Origin: the human T2T-CHM13v2.0 reference genome, Homo sapiens
Length of the DNA: 64,000 nucleotides
Direction: 5' to 3' (one strand)
NCBI RefSeq assembly: GCF_009914755.1
Contig: NC_060947.1
Shown: positions 46,161-60,359 of the stretch, piece by piece
Layout of the letters: each line of letters starts with the position of its first letter
Numbering within the stretch: the first letter of the stretch is position 1
The notes under the pieces: model-generated
What the model was told of the DNA's origin: nothing
Database searches by the model: none
The model's input: only the letters and a program-made list of their open reading frames with translations
Translations under genes and position numbers: made by a program

Positions 46161-47154
46161 CGGTAGAAAAACATTAGGCTTTCATGGATTAATTCCTGAG
46201 ACGGAGCATTATTTCTTGCTGACTCTTCAAATAGGAGAATAATGTTTTTTGTTTGAATGTTCTTGGAATACCAAGAAGCAAAATTTGAAAAGGAACACAT
46301 TTCCTTAAAACAAAGAAGGCTGAACATTCTACTCTTCATTCTCTTTCTCCCTGTCCTCTCTCTTCTCTCTCTAACTGAACCATTAATATCCACAGCTGCA
46401 GAGAATAGCACATTCATCAGAATTGTCTCTTCAGGAAAGAAATAGAAATCTTTGTAGTGTATACTATTTTAAATATGCTATTTTAAATTTTCATAAATAT
46501 TTTTTGAATTTTGAAAATCAAACTTGATTATGGTAACGTCATACTTCACCATTCAGTATTGCACACATGACAAGCTTGGCGTTTTAAAACCAAATTGTTT
46601 TTAATCATTTAGCAGTGAGAAAAGCATATAAATAATTTCTGAGTGACTAGAATATACATTTTAGGTCAAATTAACTACAAAAGAGTGACACATTGTCCCA
46701 GAACTTTCTAAAATAAAATGGGCAGTTAAGCTAAGAACCATGAAAACTTTTACCTTCAGAAATCTTTCTGTGAGAAATAAAAGACTTAAAATTATGTGCT
46801 TATAGTCTAGTTGCCTTTTTAGCCTTAATTATAGCATTCATGGTGACATTTTATTTTCTGACATGACACATATTTAAATGTGTTTTTACAGGAATTCTCT
46901 TATAATCAGACTCTTGAGTTATTTAAGAAGCAACCGTGATAACAAATATTCTGAAATTAAGGACTGACAGCACGACTTAAAGGAAATGAGAATGGCAAAC
47001 AACTGTTTTCACCATTAGATACTGATCTTTACTTATGCAACTTTTTAGCTATAAGAGTGTATGCTATGTCCATTATCTGTATTGTTTGAATATGACCTTA
47101 ATGATAATGCGTGCAGGTTATATGTCCCTAAGAAAGACAGTCTCCTCTCGATGT

Positions 47155-47644
47155 TTTTTCACTCATTCAATAACATGTTACTGTGAACCTGTGAGTCAGG
47201 CCCTGTATTAGACACACAGAGGTGAAATATGAAGTTACAACCCTCAAGGCATTCACAGTCTAGAGGCGTTATACTTCATGTATAAGCTAGGCAATAACAT
47301 CCAAATATTAACAGGTAAAATATAAGGAACAATTGTATAACAGTTACTAACTACTGATAGACATTCATGGAACAAACATGAATGATATTTAAAGTACTAG
47401 AAAGAATGAGTGAATATATGATATAGTCGCTGTTTTCAGGGAGTCTAATGTAGTGGAGGTCAGGAAGGAGACACATGCGTAAAAAACTAAGTATAATGAA
47501 AGATGGAATAAAATAAGTTGAAAGAAGTTTTTTAATAGTGGTACAAAAAGCTGATATAGAGTAAAGAGGAAGGAATGATTAACACCAAATGAATGAGAAA
47601 AGTTTTTTGGGGGAGGTGAAATTTCAGTTGAGTCGTGAAGATTG

Positions 47645-47686
<42 letters not shown>

Positions 47687-47845
47687 AAGAGAAGGGAGAG
47701 ATGGATGTTCTGTACTGGAACCATGACAGTAGGAATAGAGGCCTGAAAAGATATGGCTTGCTACGCTAGAGCATAGGATGGGTGTTAGAATGTAATCAAG
47801 GAAGAAGCTAGAAGGTTATTTTAAGGCCAGATGGTGATAAGCTTT
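47155..47845 (-). mobile_element. L2 remnant with (TA)n at 47647-47680
   Basis: TTCACTCATTCAATAACATG end motif; L2-like sequence resumes after the L1 at ~50600. Confidence 0.6.
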
Positions 47846-47869
47846 AAATATAATTTTTTAAAAAAGTTT

Positions 47870-50590
47870 CTTCTACTTTTATTTTAAGTTCCTGGGTACA
47901 TGTGCAGGATTTGCAGGTTTGTTACATAGGTAAATGTGTGCCATGGTGGTTTGCTGCACAGATCATCCCATCACCTAAGTATTAAGCCCAACATCCTTTA
48001 GCTGTTCTTCCTGATGCTCTCCCTTCCCTGCCAACAGGCCCTAGTGTGTGTTGTTCTTCTCATGTGTTTATGTGTTCTCATCATGAAGCTCCCACTTATA
48101 AATGAGAACATGCAGTGTTTGGTTTTCTGTTCCTGTGTTAGTTTGCTGAGGATAATGGCTTCTACCTCCTATCCATGTCACTGCAAACGATAGGATCTTA
48201 TTCCTTTTTATGACTGCATAATATTCCATGGTGTATATGTACCACATTTTCTTTATCCAGTCCATTGTTGATGAGCATTTAGGTAGATTCCATGTCTTTG
48301 CTATTGTGAATAATGCTGCAATGAAAATATGCGTGCATGTATCTTTACAATAGAATGATTTATAGTCCTTTGGATATATACCTAGTAATGGGATTGCTGG
48401 GTCAAATAGTATTTCAGCCTCTAGGTCTTTGAGGAATTGCCACAATTTTAGTGGGAGTGTAAACCAGTTGAACCATTTTGTTGTTCAACTGATTTACACT
48501 CCCACTAACAGTGTAAAAGCATTTCTTTTTCATCACAACCTCACCAGCATCTGTTGTTTCTTGACTGTTTAATAGTTACCATTTTTACTGGTGTGCGATG
48601 GGATCTCACTGTGATTTTGATTTGCATTTCTCTAAAGATCAGTGATGTTGAGCTTTTTATCATGTTTGTTGGCCGCATATATGTCTTCTTTTGAGAAGTG
48701 TCTGTTCATGTCCTTTGCCCACTTTTTAATGGGGTTGTTTAGTTTTTATTGTAAATTTGTTTAGATTTCTTGTAGATTCTGGATATTAGACCTTCATCAG
48801 ATGGATAGATTGCAAAAATTTTCTCCCATTCTGTAGGTTATCTGTTCATTCCGATGATAGCTTATTTTGCTGTGCAGAAGGTGTTTAGTTTAATTAGGTC
48901 CCATTTGTCAATTTTTGCTTCTGCTGCAATTGCTTTTGGTGTTTTCATCATGAAATCTTTACCCATGCCTATGTCCTGAATGTTATTGCCTAGATTATCT
49001 TCTAGGGTTTTTACAGTTTTGGGTTTTACATTTGAGTCTTTAATCCATCTTGAGTTAATTTTTGTATATGGTGTAAGGAGGGGGTCCAGTTTCAATTTTC
49101 TCTATACGGCTAGCCAGTTCTACCAGCAATGTTTATTAAATAGGGAATCTTTTCCCCATTGCTTGTTTTTGTCAGGTTTGTAAAAGGTCAGATGGTTGTA
49201 GGTGTGCACTCGCATTTCTGAGTTCTCTATTCTGTTATATTGATCTATGTGTCTGTTCATGTACCAATACCATAATGTTTTTATTACTGTAGCCTTATAG
49301 TATAGTTTGAAGTGGGGTAACCTGATGCCTCCAGCTTTGTTCTTTTTGCTTAGTATTGTCTTGGTTATACAGCCTCCTTTTTGGTTCCACATGAAATTTA
49401 CAGTAGATTTTTCTAATTCTGTGAAGAATGTCAATGGTAGTTTAATGGGAATACCATTGAATCTATAAATTACTTTGGGCATTGTGGCCATTTTCACAAT
49501 ACTGATTCTTCCTATCTATGAACATGGAATGTTTTTCCTTTTGTTTGTGTCTTCTCTCATTTCTTTGAGGAGTGGTTTGTGGTTCTCCTTGAAGATGTCC
49601 TTTACTTACCTTGTTAGCTGTATTCGTATATATTTTATTCTGTTTGTAGCAATTGTGAATGAGAGTTCATTCATGATTTGGCTCTCTGCTTGCCTGTTGG
49701 TGTATAGAAATGCTAGCGATTTTTGCCCATTGATTTTGTATCGTGAGACATTGCTGAATTTGCTTATCAGTTTAAGAAGCTTTTGGGCTGAGACTATGGG
49801 GTTTTCTAGATATAGGATCATGTCTGCAAACAAAGATAATTAAACTTCCTATCTTCCTATTTGAATATGCGTTATTTCTTTCTCTTGTTATTTCTTTCTC
49901 TTGTCTGATTGCCGTGGCGAGAACTTCCAATATTATGCTGAATAGGAATGGTGAGAGAGGACATCCTTGTCTTGTGCCGGTTTTCAAAGGGAATGATTCC
50001 ATCTTTTGCACATTTGGTGTGACATTAGCTGTAGGTTTGTCACAAATGATTTATATTATTTTGAGGTATGTCCCTTCAATACCTAGTTTATTGAGAGTGT
50101 TTAATATGAAGGGATGTTGAATTTTATCGAAGGCCTTTTTTTTGTGTCTATTGAGATAATAATGTGGTTTTTGTCTTTAGTTCTGTTCATGTGATGAATC
50201 ACCTGTATTGATTTGCATATGTTGAGCCAAGCTTGCATCCAGGGGATGAAACCAACTTGATTGTGGTGGATATGCTTTTTGATGTGCTGCTGGATTCAGT
50301 TTGCCAGTATTTTATTGAGAATTTTTGCATTAATGTTCATCAGGCATATTGGCCTAAAATTCTCTCTTTTTTTTTTGTCGTGTCACTGCCAGGTTTGGTT
50401 ATCTGGATGATGCTGGCCTCATAGAATGACTTAGGGAGGAGTCCTTCCTTTTCAATGTTTCAGAATAGTTTCAGTAGAAATAATACCAGCTCTTCCTTTT
50501 ACCTCTGGTAGAATTCAGCTGTGAATCCATCTGGTCCTGGGTTTTTTCTGGATGGTAGGCTATTTATTAATGCCTCAATTTCAGAACTTG
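47870..50590 (-). mobile_element. 5'-truncated primate L1PA (~2.7 kb, RT to 3' UTR)
   Basis: ORF2 fragments ([29 protein letters not shown]) broken by stops and frameshifts. Confidence 0.93.
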
Positions 50591-51149
50591 CCTAAATACT
50601 ATTGTTAGTAAGTTTGGATTTTATCTTGCCGGCAATGTGATGATGCATAGGTGAGATAGAAGGACAACAGTGAAGGCTTTTGAGTAGTTTCCAAAAATGT
50701 TTTTTCTACATTTTTATTGGTCATTTAATAGTTATAGTCTTTTATGGACTAAGTTTTCTGAAAGTTCTACAACACTTTTATACACCAAATTCTTCTTTTA
50801 TCTCTTTTATCCTTTCTTTGCACTGTACATCAACTTTCCTTGCTTCTATTATCATATTTATTGAATGTTGTCTTTTATTATACTTAATTTTTTCGTATGC
50901 ATATGTCTTCCCGATGCTAGATTTTAAGTTCCCTGAAAGTAGAGATCATGTTATTTTTAATTTATCATTTTTCTATAATATGCAGTTAATAACATTACCA
51001 ACTTCCATGGGTTATTGTGATGATTAAACAAAATAACGCACTTGAGACACTGATATAGTGATTAAAATTTCTAACTCAGGGACTGAAATGCCTCAGTTTT
51101 AATCCCAGTTCTGTCACTAGCTGTGGAAGCTTGAACAAATTATCTTTTT

Positions 51150-52202
51150 AAAAAAATGACTTCATTGAAGTATAATTCACACCACACATTTCACTCATTT
51201 AAAGTGTGCAATGCAATTATTTTTAGCATATTCACATATATGTGCAAACCTTACCACAGAACATTTTCATTGCCACAAAAAGAAAGCTCTATACCCTTTA
51301 GCTATCATCCTGTCATCCACCCTCCCCTACTTCCCCAGCCCTAAGCAACCACTAATTTACTTTCTATCTCTGTAAATTTCCCTGTTCTGGACATTTTATA
51401 CCAATTGAATTATACAATAAGTACTTTTTTGTGACTGGTTTCTTTCATTTAGCATAATGTTTTCAAGACTCATCCATATTTTAGCATGAATAAAACTTTA
51501 TTTATTTTTATGGCTAAATAATAGTCCATTACATGGATATACTACATTTTATTTATCTATTTGTTAGCTGATAAGTATTTGGGTGTCCATCTTTTGACTA
51601 TTATAAATAATGCTGTTATAAACATTTGTGTACAAGTTTTTGTGTGGCCTTAGGTTTTCATTTCTCTTGGGTATATAACCATAAGTGGAATTGCTGGGCT
51701 ATAGGGTAACCGTATGTTTAATCATTTGAGAAACTAATAGGCTGTTTTTCAAAGCAGCTGCAGCATTTTACATTCCCACCTGAAGAGCAAGAAAGTTGCA
51801 ATTTGCCACATCCTTGTCCAACATTTGTTATTATCTGACTTTTTTTATTCTAGCCACCCTAATGTGTGTGGAGTGATACTTTTGTGGTTTTGATTTGTAT
51901 TTCTGTGCTGACTAATGATGTCAAGCATTTCTTCATGTGCTTATTGGCCGTTTGTGTATCTTCTTGAGAGAAATGCCTATTCAAGACCTTTTCCCATATT
52001 TAATTGAGTTATCTTTTTATTATTGAATTGTAAGTGTTTTTCATATATTTCAGGTAAAAGGTCCTTGTCAGATATATGATTTACAAATAATGTCTCCCAT
52101 TTTCTGGGTTGAGCTTTCGATATTTTATGGTGTCCTTTGAAGACCAATTCTGATGAAGTCAGATTAACTGATTTTCTTGTTGCTCTTGGTTTTGGTGTCA
52201 TG
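51150..52202 (-). mobile_element. L1MB 3' fragment inserted into a MIR (halves at ~51030-51150 and ~52203-52440)
   Basis: L1MB 3' UTR motifs; MIR core CTCAATTTCCTCATCTGTAAAAT resumes on the right. Confidence 0.75.
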
Positions 52203-53979
52203 TGTTACTTAATCTTGATGTGTCTCAATTTCCTCATCTGTAAAATTATGATGATTATGAGTTGATTAGGGATATCTCATAGGACTGTCAGAATTAAATT
52301 AATACATGTAAAGTAAGTTGTATTTGACATATAGTAAGCACTCAATAAATGTTTTCTGTCACCATTAACGTTATTGTTATTATGTAAAACACTTAAAACA
52401 ACATCTGGCACATTACAGGGACTCAGTAATGTTAGTTCTTATTATGCAGCAATAATTTCCTGTATCTGGTAAGTAACAAAATATGGATTAAGCAAAAAAT
52501 AAATATAAATATTCAGGGAGAAAAGATTTTTAGGGATATGAGGTCTTCAGGTAGGCATTGTAGGCTCATTTTATTTAAAAGAAGATTAAAAGAAGACTAC
52601 AATTCTAAATACTTTATTTAAAGTTGGTTATATTAAAAAATCAAACTGGGACAATGATGAATGGTTTTAAATTTTCCTTTAATATGGTGTCTTTTATTTT
52701 GTCTTTACTTCTGACTTGGATAATCATCGGTGATAATTTGGATTTTATGGTAATGGAGGAAATTGGCAAGTCACTTGTGAAATATTATGGCAATAATGGT
52801 TTTGTACTAAAGATAAACGCTTTATCTTCTCCAAAGTAATATGAAGTGTCAATAAATGTAAATAAGAATCACATATATATTTGTTTAGCCAGTAACCTTT
52901 AAAGAAGCTTGCCATGTATGATAATAAAGGAGTTCAAATAATTTTCATTTTAGTCAAAGAAGTTGAAAAAGATCAAAATTCATTTCTGTTTTTCTTCAGT
53001 GTTCTAAGCATGTGTGCTATATAGATAAACACTCATTCAAATGAAAATATAATTGTGTCAATATGAAAAAATATTCACAATGAGCAGAAATGTGCAGGTA
53101 AATTATATACGCCAGAGAGAAAGATGAAAATAGAAGATATATAGCTAAAGAAGAACTTGGGGTTCTCATTAAAGATGGAGCAGTTAACTCATTGGTTGAT
53201 TATGTTTGTGTTTATTTTCCTTTTGTCCACCACAATCCTTGCCTGCCCATCACAGATATCCTTATTTATTACAACCATTAATGGTTGCCAGTGACAGACA
53301 GTGTTTCTGAATTTCACAACTGTGTGGAAATTACACATTTGCTTTGTAAATCTGGACTTTTCTCAAATTAAAGTCATCAGAATGATCTTGAGTCTTCCTG
53401 AGCTAGGAGTGGCTGTTTTCTCTCTCTTTAATAATAATGTAAAGCAAGGGCTTTTGTATCAAGCGTAGCTGAATCAATGGATTCAGTATCTTTGTGAAGA
53501 GAGGGGTCTGCTTGTTACAGGTTTGATATTGCTGACTAGACTGGGAAATATCTATGGCTGTCCTTAACCAGGTGGAAATCTAATATGAAAACATTTGATC
53601 AAGGTTCTGATGAAAAGGAGTCTCTGCTCTTGGCTATGTCAAAATGATCTTGTCTGTTCTTCAAGCAAGGAGAACTGAGGTGAAAATGGCATTTTGTCAC
53701 CTTAGTTGATAGGACACTTGTTAGTGTTTTATTAGCTTTAAATTTTAAAATAAAATCAAAAGGCCTTGCTGATTTCTTCACATCTTTCCTTACCATAGCA
53801 GAATTAATGTTATCATATTGGAATTAATGTTACCATTTAGTTACTGTATTATTTGCTACATATATTTTTATTTATAGAAGTTTTCCAGCTTTTTAACTCA
53901 TGGTTTTTCTGAAAGGGGAGAGGAAGTGCTAACACAAGGGTAAAGCTCTAAAGGAGACCTCTTTTCCTATGGTTCTCTC

Positions 53980-55635
53980 TACTCCTGTTCCAAATAGGAG
54001 AAATTGACCAAACAAAGGGGTTACAGGACCCATGCAAGTCCAAAATTCTGTAGGGCAGTGATTAAATTTTAAAGTGCCAAAATCATATCTTTTGACTCTA
54101 TGTTTCACATCCAAGTCACACTGATGCAAGAGGTGGGCTCCCAAGGTCTTGGGCAGCTCTACCCCATTGGTTTTGCAGGGTACAGTCCCTTGCCTGCCTG
54201 CTTTCACAGGGCAGTGTTGAGTGTCTGTGGTTTGTCCAGGCACAAAGTGCAAGCTGTCGGTGGATCTACCATTCTGGGATCTGGAGGATGGTGGCACTCT
54301 GCTCACAGCTCCACTAGGCAGTGCCTTAGTGGGGACTCTGTGTGGGGGCTCCAACCCCACATTTCCCTTCTACCCTGTCCTAGCAAAGGTTCTCCATGAG
54401 GGTCCCGTACCTGCGGCAAACTTATGCCTGAATATCCAGGCATTTCCATACATTCTCTGAAATCTAGGAAGAGGTTCCCAAACCTCAATTCTTGACTTCT
54501 GTGCACCCACAGGCTCAACACCACGTGGAAGCTGCCAAGGCCTTGGGGTTTGCACCCTCTGAAGCCACAGTCCCAGTTGTACCTTGGCCTCTTTTAGCCA
54601 TGGCTAGAGCCCAAGTCCATAGGCTGCACACAGCAGGGGGGCCCTGGACCCAGCCCAGGAAACCATTTTTCCCTCCAAGGCCTTCATGCTTGTGATGGGA
54701 GGGGCTGCCACGAAGGTCTCTGACATGCCCTGGAGACATTTTCCCTTTTGTCTTGGTGATTGGCCTTTGGCTCCTCATTACTTATGGAAATTTCTGCAGC
54801 CAGCTTGAATTTCTCCCCAGAAAATGGGTTTTTCTTTTCTACTGTATCATCAGGCAGCAAATTTTCCAAACTTTTATGCTCTGTCACCTCTTGAATGTTT
54901 TGCTGCTTAGAAATTTTTTTCTGCCAGACACCCTAAGTCATCTCTCTCAAGTTCAAAGCTCCACAGATCTCTAGGGTAGGGGCAAAATGCCACCAGTCTC
55001 TTTACTCCAGTTCTCAACCAGTTCCTGATCTCCTTCTGAGACCACCTCATCCTGGACTCTATCGTCCATATCACTATCAGCATTTTGGTCAAAGCCATTC
55101 ACCAAGTGTCTAGGAAGTTCCAGGCTTTCACACATCGTCCTGTCTTCTTCTGAGCCTTCCAAACTCTTTCAACCTCTGCCTGTTACCCAGTTCCAAAGTC
55201 ACTTTCACATTTTAGGTTATCTTTACAGCAGCACCCCACTACCCAGTACCAATTTACTGTATTAATATCCATTCTCATGCTGCTAATCAACACATACTCT
55301 AGACTGGGTGATTTATAAAAGAAAGAGGTTTAATTGACTGACAGTTCAGCATGACTGGGGAGGCTTCAGGAAACATAATCATGGCAGAAAGGAAAGCAAA
55401 CCCATCTTTCTTCACATGGAAGCAGCAAGGAGAAGTGCAAAGAAAACGGGAGGAAACCCCTTATAAAACCATCAGATCTCATGAGAACTCACTCACTATC
55501 ACAAGAACAGCAGCATGGGGATAACCACCCCCATGATCCAATTACCTCCCACTGGGTCTCTCTCATGACACGCGGGGATTATGGGAACTACAAATCAAGA
55601 TGAAATTTGTGTAGGGACACAGCCAAACCATATCA
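53980..55635 (-). mobile_element. THE1D/MSTA-type MaLR: 5' LTR (55258-55635) plus 3'-truncated internal region
   Basis: Reverse-complement homology to the THE1 internal region at 42918-44468; GTACCAATTTAC|TGTATT junction. Confidence 0.88.
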
Positions 55636-55829
55636 AGCCCTTTGCCTAAAATCACATGCCCTGACAGCTTTGTGAAGCTGGAGGCTAAAACATTCAAATA
55701 AATGGAACTACCAAATAACTCAGAAGAACTGCTAAAATATTATACTATCATTGTCATTAACATTTATTAAGATCATTTACTCATTCATCAAACATATAGA
55801 CCAAATAGGTAATTTTCTCTACTGTTAAA

Positions 55830-57768
55830 GGTAGAGGTGGTGTTCTCTCTACTTCCAGAATTTGAATGTTGGCCTGTCTTGCTACACTGGGGAAGTTCTC
55901 CTGGATAATATCTTGAAGTGTGTTTTCCAACTTGGTTCCACTCTCCCCATCACTTTCAGGTACACCAATCAAACGTAGGTTTGGTTTTTTCACATAGTCC
56001 CATATTTCTTGGAGTCTTTGTTCATTCCTTTTCATTCTTTTTTCTCTAATCTTGTCTTCACACTTTATTTTATTAAGTTGATCTTCAGTCTCTGATATCC
56101 TCTCTTCTGCTTGATCAATTCAGCTATTGATAATTGTGTATGCTTCACCAAGTTCTTCTGCTGTGTTTTTCAGCTCCATCAGGTCATTTATCTTCTTCTC
56201 TAAACTGGATATTCTAGGTAGCAAAACCTCTAAGCTTTAATCAAGGTTCTTAGCTTGCTTGCATTGGGTTAGAACATGCTCCTTTAGCTTGGCGTTTGTT
56301 ATTATCCACCATCTGAAGCCTACTTCTGTCACTTTGTCAAATTCATTCTTCATCCAATTTTGTTCCCTTGCTGACAAGGAGTTATGATCCTTTGAAAGAG
56401 AAGAGGCATTCTGGTTTTTTGAATTTTTAGCCTTTTTGTGCTGTTTTTTCCTCATCTTTGCGGATTTATCTACCTTTAGTTTTTGCTGTGGGTGACCTTA
56501 AAATGAAGTTTTTGTGTGGTCATCCCTTTTGTTGATGTTGATGCTATTGCTTTCTGTTAGTTTTCCTTCAAACAGGCCCCTCTTCTGCAGGTCTTCTGGA
56601 GTTTGCTGGGGGCCCACTCCAGACCCTGTTTGCCTGGGTATCACTAGCGAAGGCTGCAGAACAGCAAAGATTGCTGTCTGCTCCTTCCTCTGGAAGCTTT
56701 GTCCCAGAGGGGCACCCACCAGATGCCAGCTGGAGCTCTCCTGTATGAGGCATCTGTCAACCCCTGCTGGGAGGTGCCTTCTCGTCGGGAAGCAGGGAGG
56801 GTGAGGGGCCCACTTGAGGAAGTAGGCTATCCCTTAGCAGAGCTTGAGCATTGTGCTGGGAGATCCACTACTCTCTTCAGAGACGGCAGGCAGGAACGTT
56901 GAAGTCTGCTGAAGCTGCACCCACAGCCGCCCCTTCCCCCAGGTCCTCCGTCCCAGGGAGATGGGAGTTTTATCTATAAGGCCCTGACTGGGGCTGCTGC
57001 CTTTCTTTCAGAGATGCTCTGCCCAGAGGGGAGGAATCTAGAGAGTCAGTCTGGCTACAGCAGCTTTGTGGCACTACAGTTGGCTCTGCCCAGTAATTTC
57101 TGGTGGTTTTGTTTACACTGTGAGGGGAAAACCACCTACTCAAGCCTCAGTAATGGGGGACGACCCTCTTCCTACCAAGCTCAAGCATCCCAGGTCAACT
57201 TCAGACTGCTGTGCTGGCAGCAAGAATTTTAAGCCAGTGGATCTTAGCTTGCTGGGATCCACGGGAGTGGGATCTGTTGATCTAGACCACTTGGCTCCCT
57301 GGCTTCAGGTCCCTTTCCAGGGGAGTGAATGGTTCTGTCTCGCTGGTGTTCCAGGAGCCACAGAGGTACAAAAAACAAACTTCCTGCAGCTAGCTCGGTG
57401 TCTGCCCAAATGGCCACCAAGTTTTGCACTTGAAACCCAGGGCCCTTGTGGTATAGGCACCTGAGGGAATCTCCTGCTCTGTGGGTTGTGAAGACTGTGG
57501 GAAAAGTGTAGTATCCGGGTGGGATGGCTCAGTCCCTCATGGCTTCCCTTGGCTAGGGGAGGGAGTTCTCCAACCCCTTGTGCTTCCTGGGTAAGGTGAC
57601 ACCCCACCCTGTTTCGGCTCGCCCTCCATGGGTGGCACCCACTGTCTAACCAGTCCCAATGAGATGAACCGGGTACCTCAGTTGGAAATGCAGAAATCAC
57701 CCGCCTTCTGTGTTGGTCTAGCTGGGAGCTGCAGACCAGAGCTGTTCCTACTTGGCCATCTTGCCTGG
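55830..57768 (-). mobile_element. L1PA 5' UTR and N-terminal half of ORF1, 3' part missing
   Basis: YY1 site CAAGATGGCC (57754-57763); ORF1p fragments NSKNQNASS and QEIWDYVKKPNLRLIGVPE. Confidence 0.92.
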
Positions 57769-58617
57769 GAAAAAAGCTACTAGAAGTTTTATGGTTTTAA
57801 TTTTTACTTTGGGGATATGGTCCAAAGTAAAAATAAATTTTTATGTGTGATGAGAAGCAGAGGTTAAAAATAATTTTCCCCATAACAATATTTAGTTGTT
57901 ATAGCCTCATTTATTGAGAAAATTCTCTTTTCCCCATTAGATTGCTTTGGTTCCTTTGTCAAACATCAATAGTTCATGGTCTATTGGTCTATTGACCTAA
58001 TAGAGGTCTATACTAGGATCCCTATTTTGTTCCCTTGACCTATTTGTCTATTCTTAAGCCAGTACCACGTTGTCTTGATTCCTACAGCTTTATAGTAAGC
58101 CTTAAAATCAGGTAATATAAATCTTTCAACTTTGTTCTTCTTTTGCAAGATTGTTTTAGAGATTCTAGGTCATTTGCAATTCCGTATACATTTTAGAATC
58201 AATTTATTAATGTTCACAAATAGACCTGGTATTATCTGTCTATCTATCTTTGGTGGTATTAGTATCTTAAGCATATGTTGTCTTTAAAATCCATGAGTAT
58301 CGTATATCTTTCTATATAGAAAACCTTTAATTTCTCTAAGCAATGCTCAGTAGTATGCAGTACCGAGATTTTGCTTACTAGTTTTCTTTGGTTGCTTTCA
58401 AGGTTTCTGTTTATATCTAGTTTTTAGCAAGAGGACATGTTGTACCTATGTGTGGTTTTCCTTGTATTAATTTGCTTGGGGTTTGCTGAATTTTTAGTCT
58501 CCACATTTTTGTTTTTCACCAAATATGAGAAAATTTCACTAATTTTTCTCTTCGAATATTTTGTTTTTCTGACCCATTTTCTCTTCTCTTCTTTTTCTGG
58601 TATTTCATTAACATGCA

Positions 58618-60248
58618 TTTTATTTTATTTTAACTTTTAAGTTCAGGGGTACATATGCAGGTTTGTTACATAGGAAAACTTGTGTCATGGGGGTTTGTTA
58701 TACAGATTATTTCATCACCTAGGTATTATGCCTAGTTTCCGTTAGTTATTTTTCCTGATCCTCTCCCTCCTCCCAACCTCCAACCTCCATCCTTCAGTAG
58801 GCCTCAGTGTGTGTTGTTAACCTCTATGTGTCCATGTGTTCCCATCATTTAGCTCCCACATTTAAGTGAGAACATGCAGTATTTGGTTTTCTTTTCCTCT
58901 GTTAGTTTGCTAAGGATAATTGCCTCCAGCTCCATCCATGTCCCCGCAAAGGATATTATCTTGTCCTTTTTTATGGTTGTATAGTATTCCATGGTGTATA
59001 TGTACCACATTTTCTTTTTCCAATCTATCATTAATGGGCATTTAGGTAGATTCCATGTATTTGCTATTGTGAATAGTGCTGCAATGAGCATACATATGTG
59101 CATGTGTCTTTATAATAGAATGATTTATATTCATTTGGGTATATACACAGTAATGGGATTGCTGGATCAAATGGTATTTCCGTCTTTAGGTTCGGAGGAA
59201 TATACACACTGTCTTCCACAGTGGTTGAACTAATTTATACTCCCACCAACAGTGTATAAGCATTCTTGTTCTCCACAACCTTGCCAGCATCTGTTATTTT
59301 TTGACTTCTTATTAGTAGCCATTCTGACTGGTGTGAGATGGTAGCTCATTGTGGTTTTGATTTGCATTTCTTTAATAATCAGTGATGTTGGACTTTTTTC
59401 ATATGCTTGTTGGCTGCATATATGCTTTCTTTTGGGAAGTGTCTGTTCATGTCCTTTACCCACTTCTTAACGGGGTTGTTTATTTTCCTCTTGCAAATTT
59501 GTATAAGTTCCTTATAGATGCTGGATATTAGGCCTTTGTCAGATGGATAGATTGCAAAAATTTTCTCTTGTTCCATAGGTTGTCTGTTTACTCTGTTGAT
59601 AGTTTCTTTTGTTGTGCAGAAGCTCTTTAGTTTAATTAGATGCCATGTGTCAATTTATGCTTTGGTTGCAATTACTTTTGGTGTCTTTGTCATGAAATAT
59701 TTGTCTGTGGTGTGTCCTATATGGTATTGCCTAGGTTGTCTTCCAGGGTTTTTATAATTTTGGGTTTTACATTTAAGTCTTTAATCCACCTTGAGTTAAT
59801 TTTTGTATGTGGTATAAGGAAGGAGTCCAGTTTCAATTTTCTGCATGTGGCTAGCCAGTTATCCCAGCACCATTTATTGAATAGGGAATCCTTTACCCAT
59901 TTCTTGTTTTTGTCAGCTTTGTCAAAGATCAGCTAGTTATAAGTGTGTGGTCTTATTTCTGGGTTCTCTAATTCCATTGGTCTATGTGTCTGTTTTTGCA
60001 CCAGTACCATGCTGTTTTGGTTACAGTAGCCCTGTGGTAGAGTTTGAAGTCAGGTAGCATGATGCCTCTGGCTTTGTTGTTTTTGCTTAGGATTGCTGTG
60101 ACTATTCAGGCTCTTTTTGGTTCCATGTGAGTTTTAAAACAGTTTTTTCTAGTTCTGTGAAGAATGTCAATGGTAGTTTAATAGGAGTAGCATTGAATCT
60201 ATAAATCACTTTGGGCAGGATGGCCATTTTTACAATATTGATTCTTCC
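58618..60248 (-). mobile_element. 5'-truncated older L1PA 3' end
   Basis: L1 3' UTR and ORF2 C-terminus; degenerate TSD ATTAACATGCATTTTA/ATTAGCATGTATTTTA. Confidence 0.9.
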
Positions 60249-60359
60249 AGTATTATTAGCATGTATTTTAACCTTTTGATATTATTCCTCAGGTTGCTAA
60301 GACTGGAAATTTATTTTTAATAATGTTTTTCTCTCTTCTTCAGATCGGATAATTTCTAT

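Noticed and set aside
49870-49903. 16-bp tandem duplication GTTATTTCTTTCTCTT in L1 ORF2
   Set aside because: Ordinary slippage in a dead element.
47870-60248. Short RT, ORF1 and MaLR-internal ORFs as active element genes
   Set aside because: All are broken by stops and frameshifts; no intact L1 or ERV ORF.
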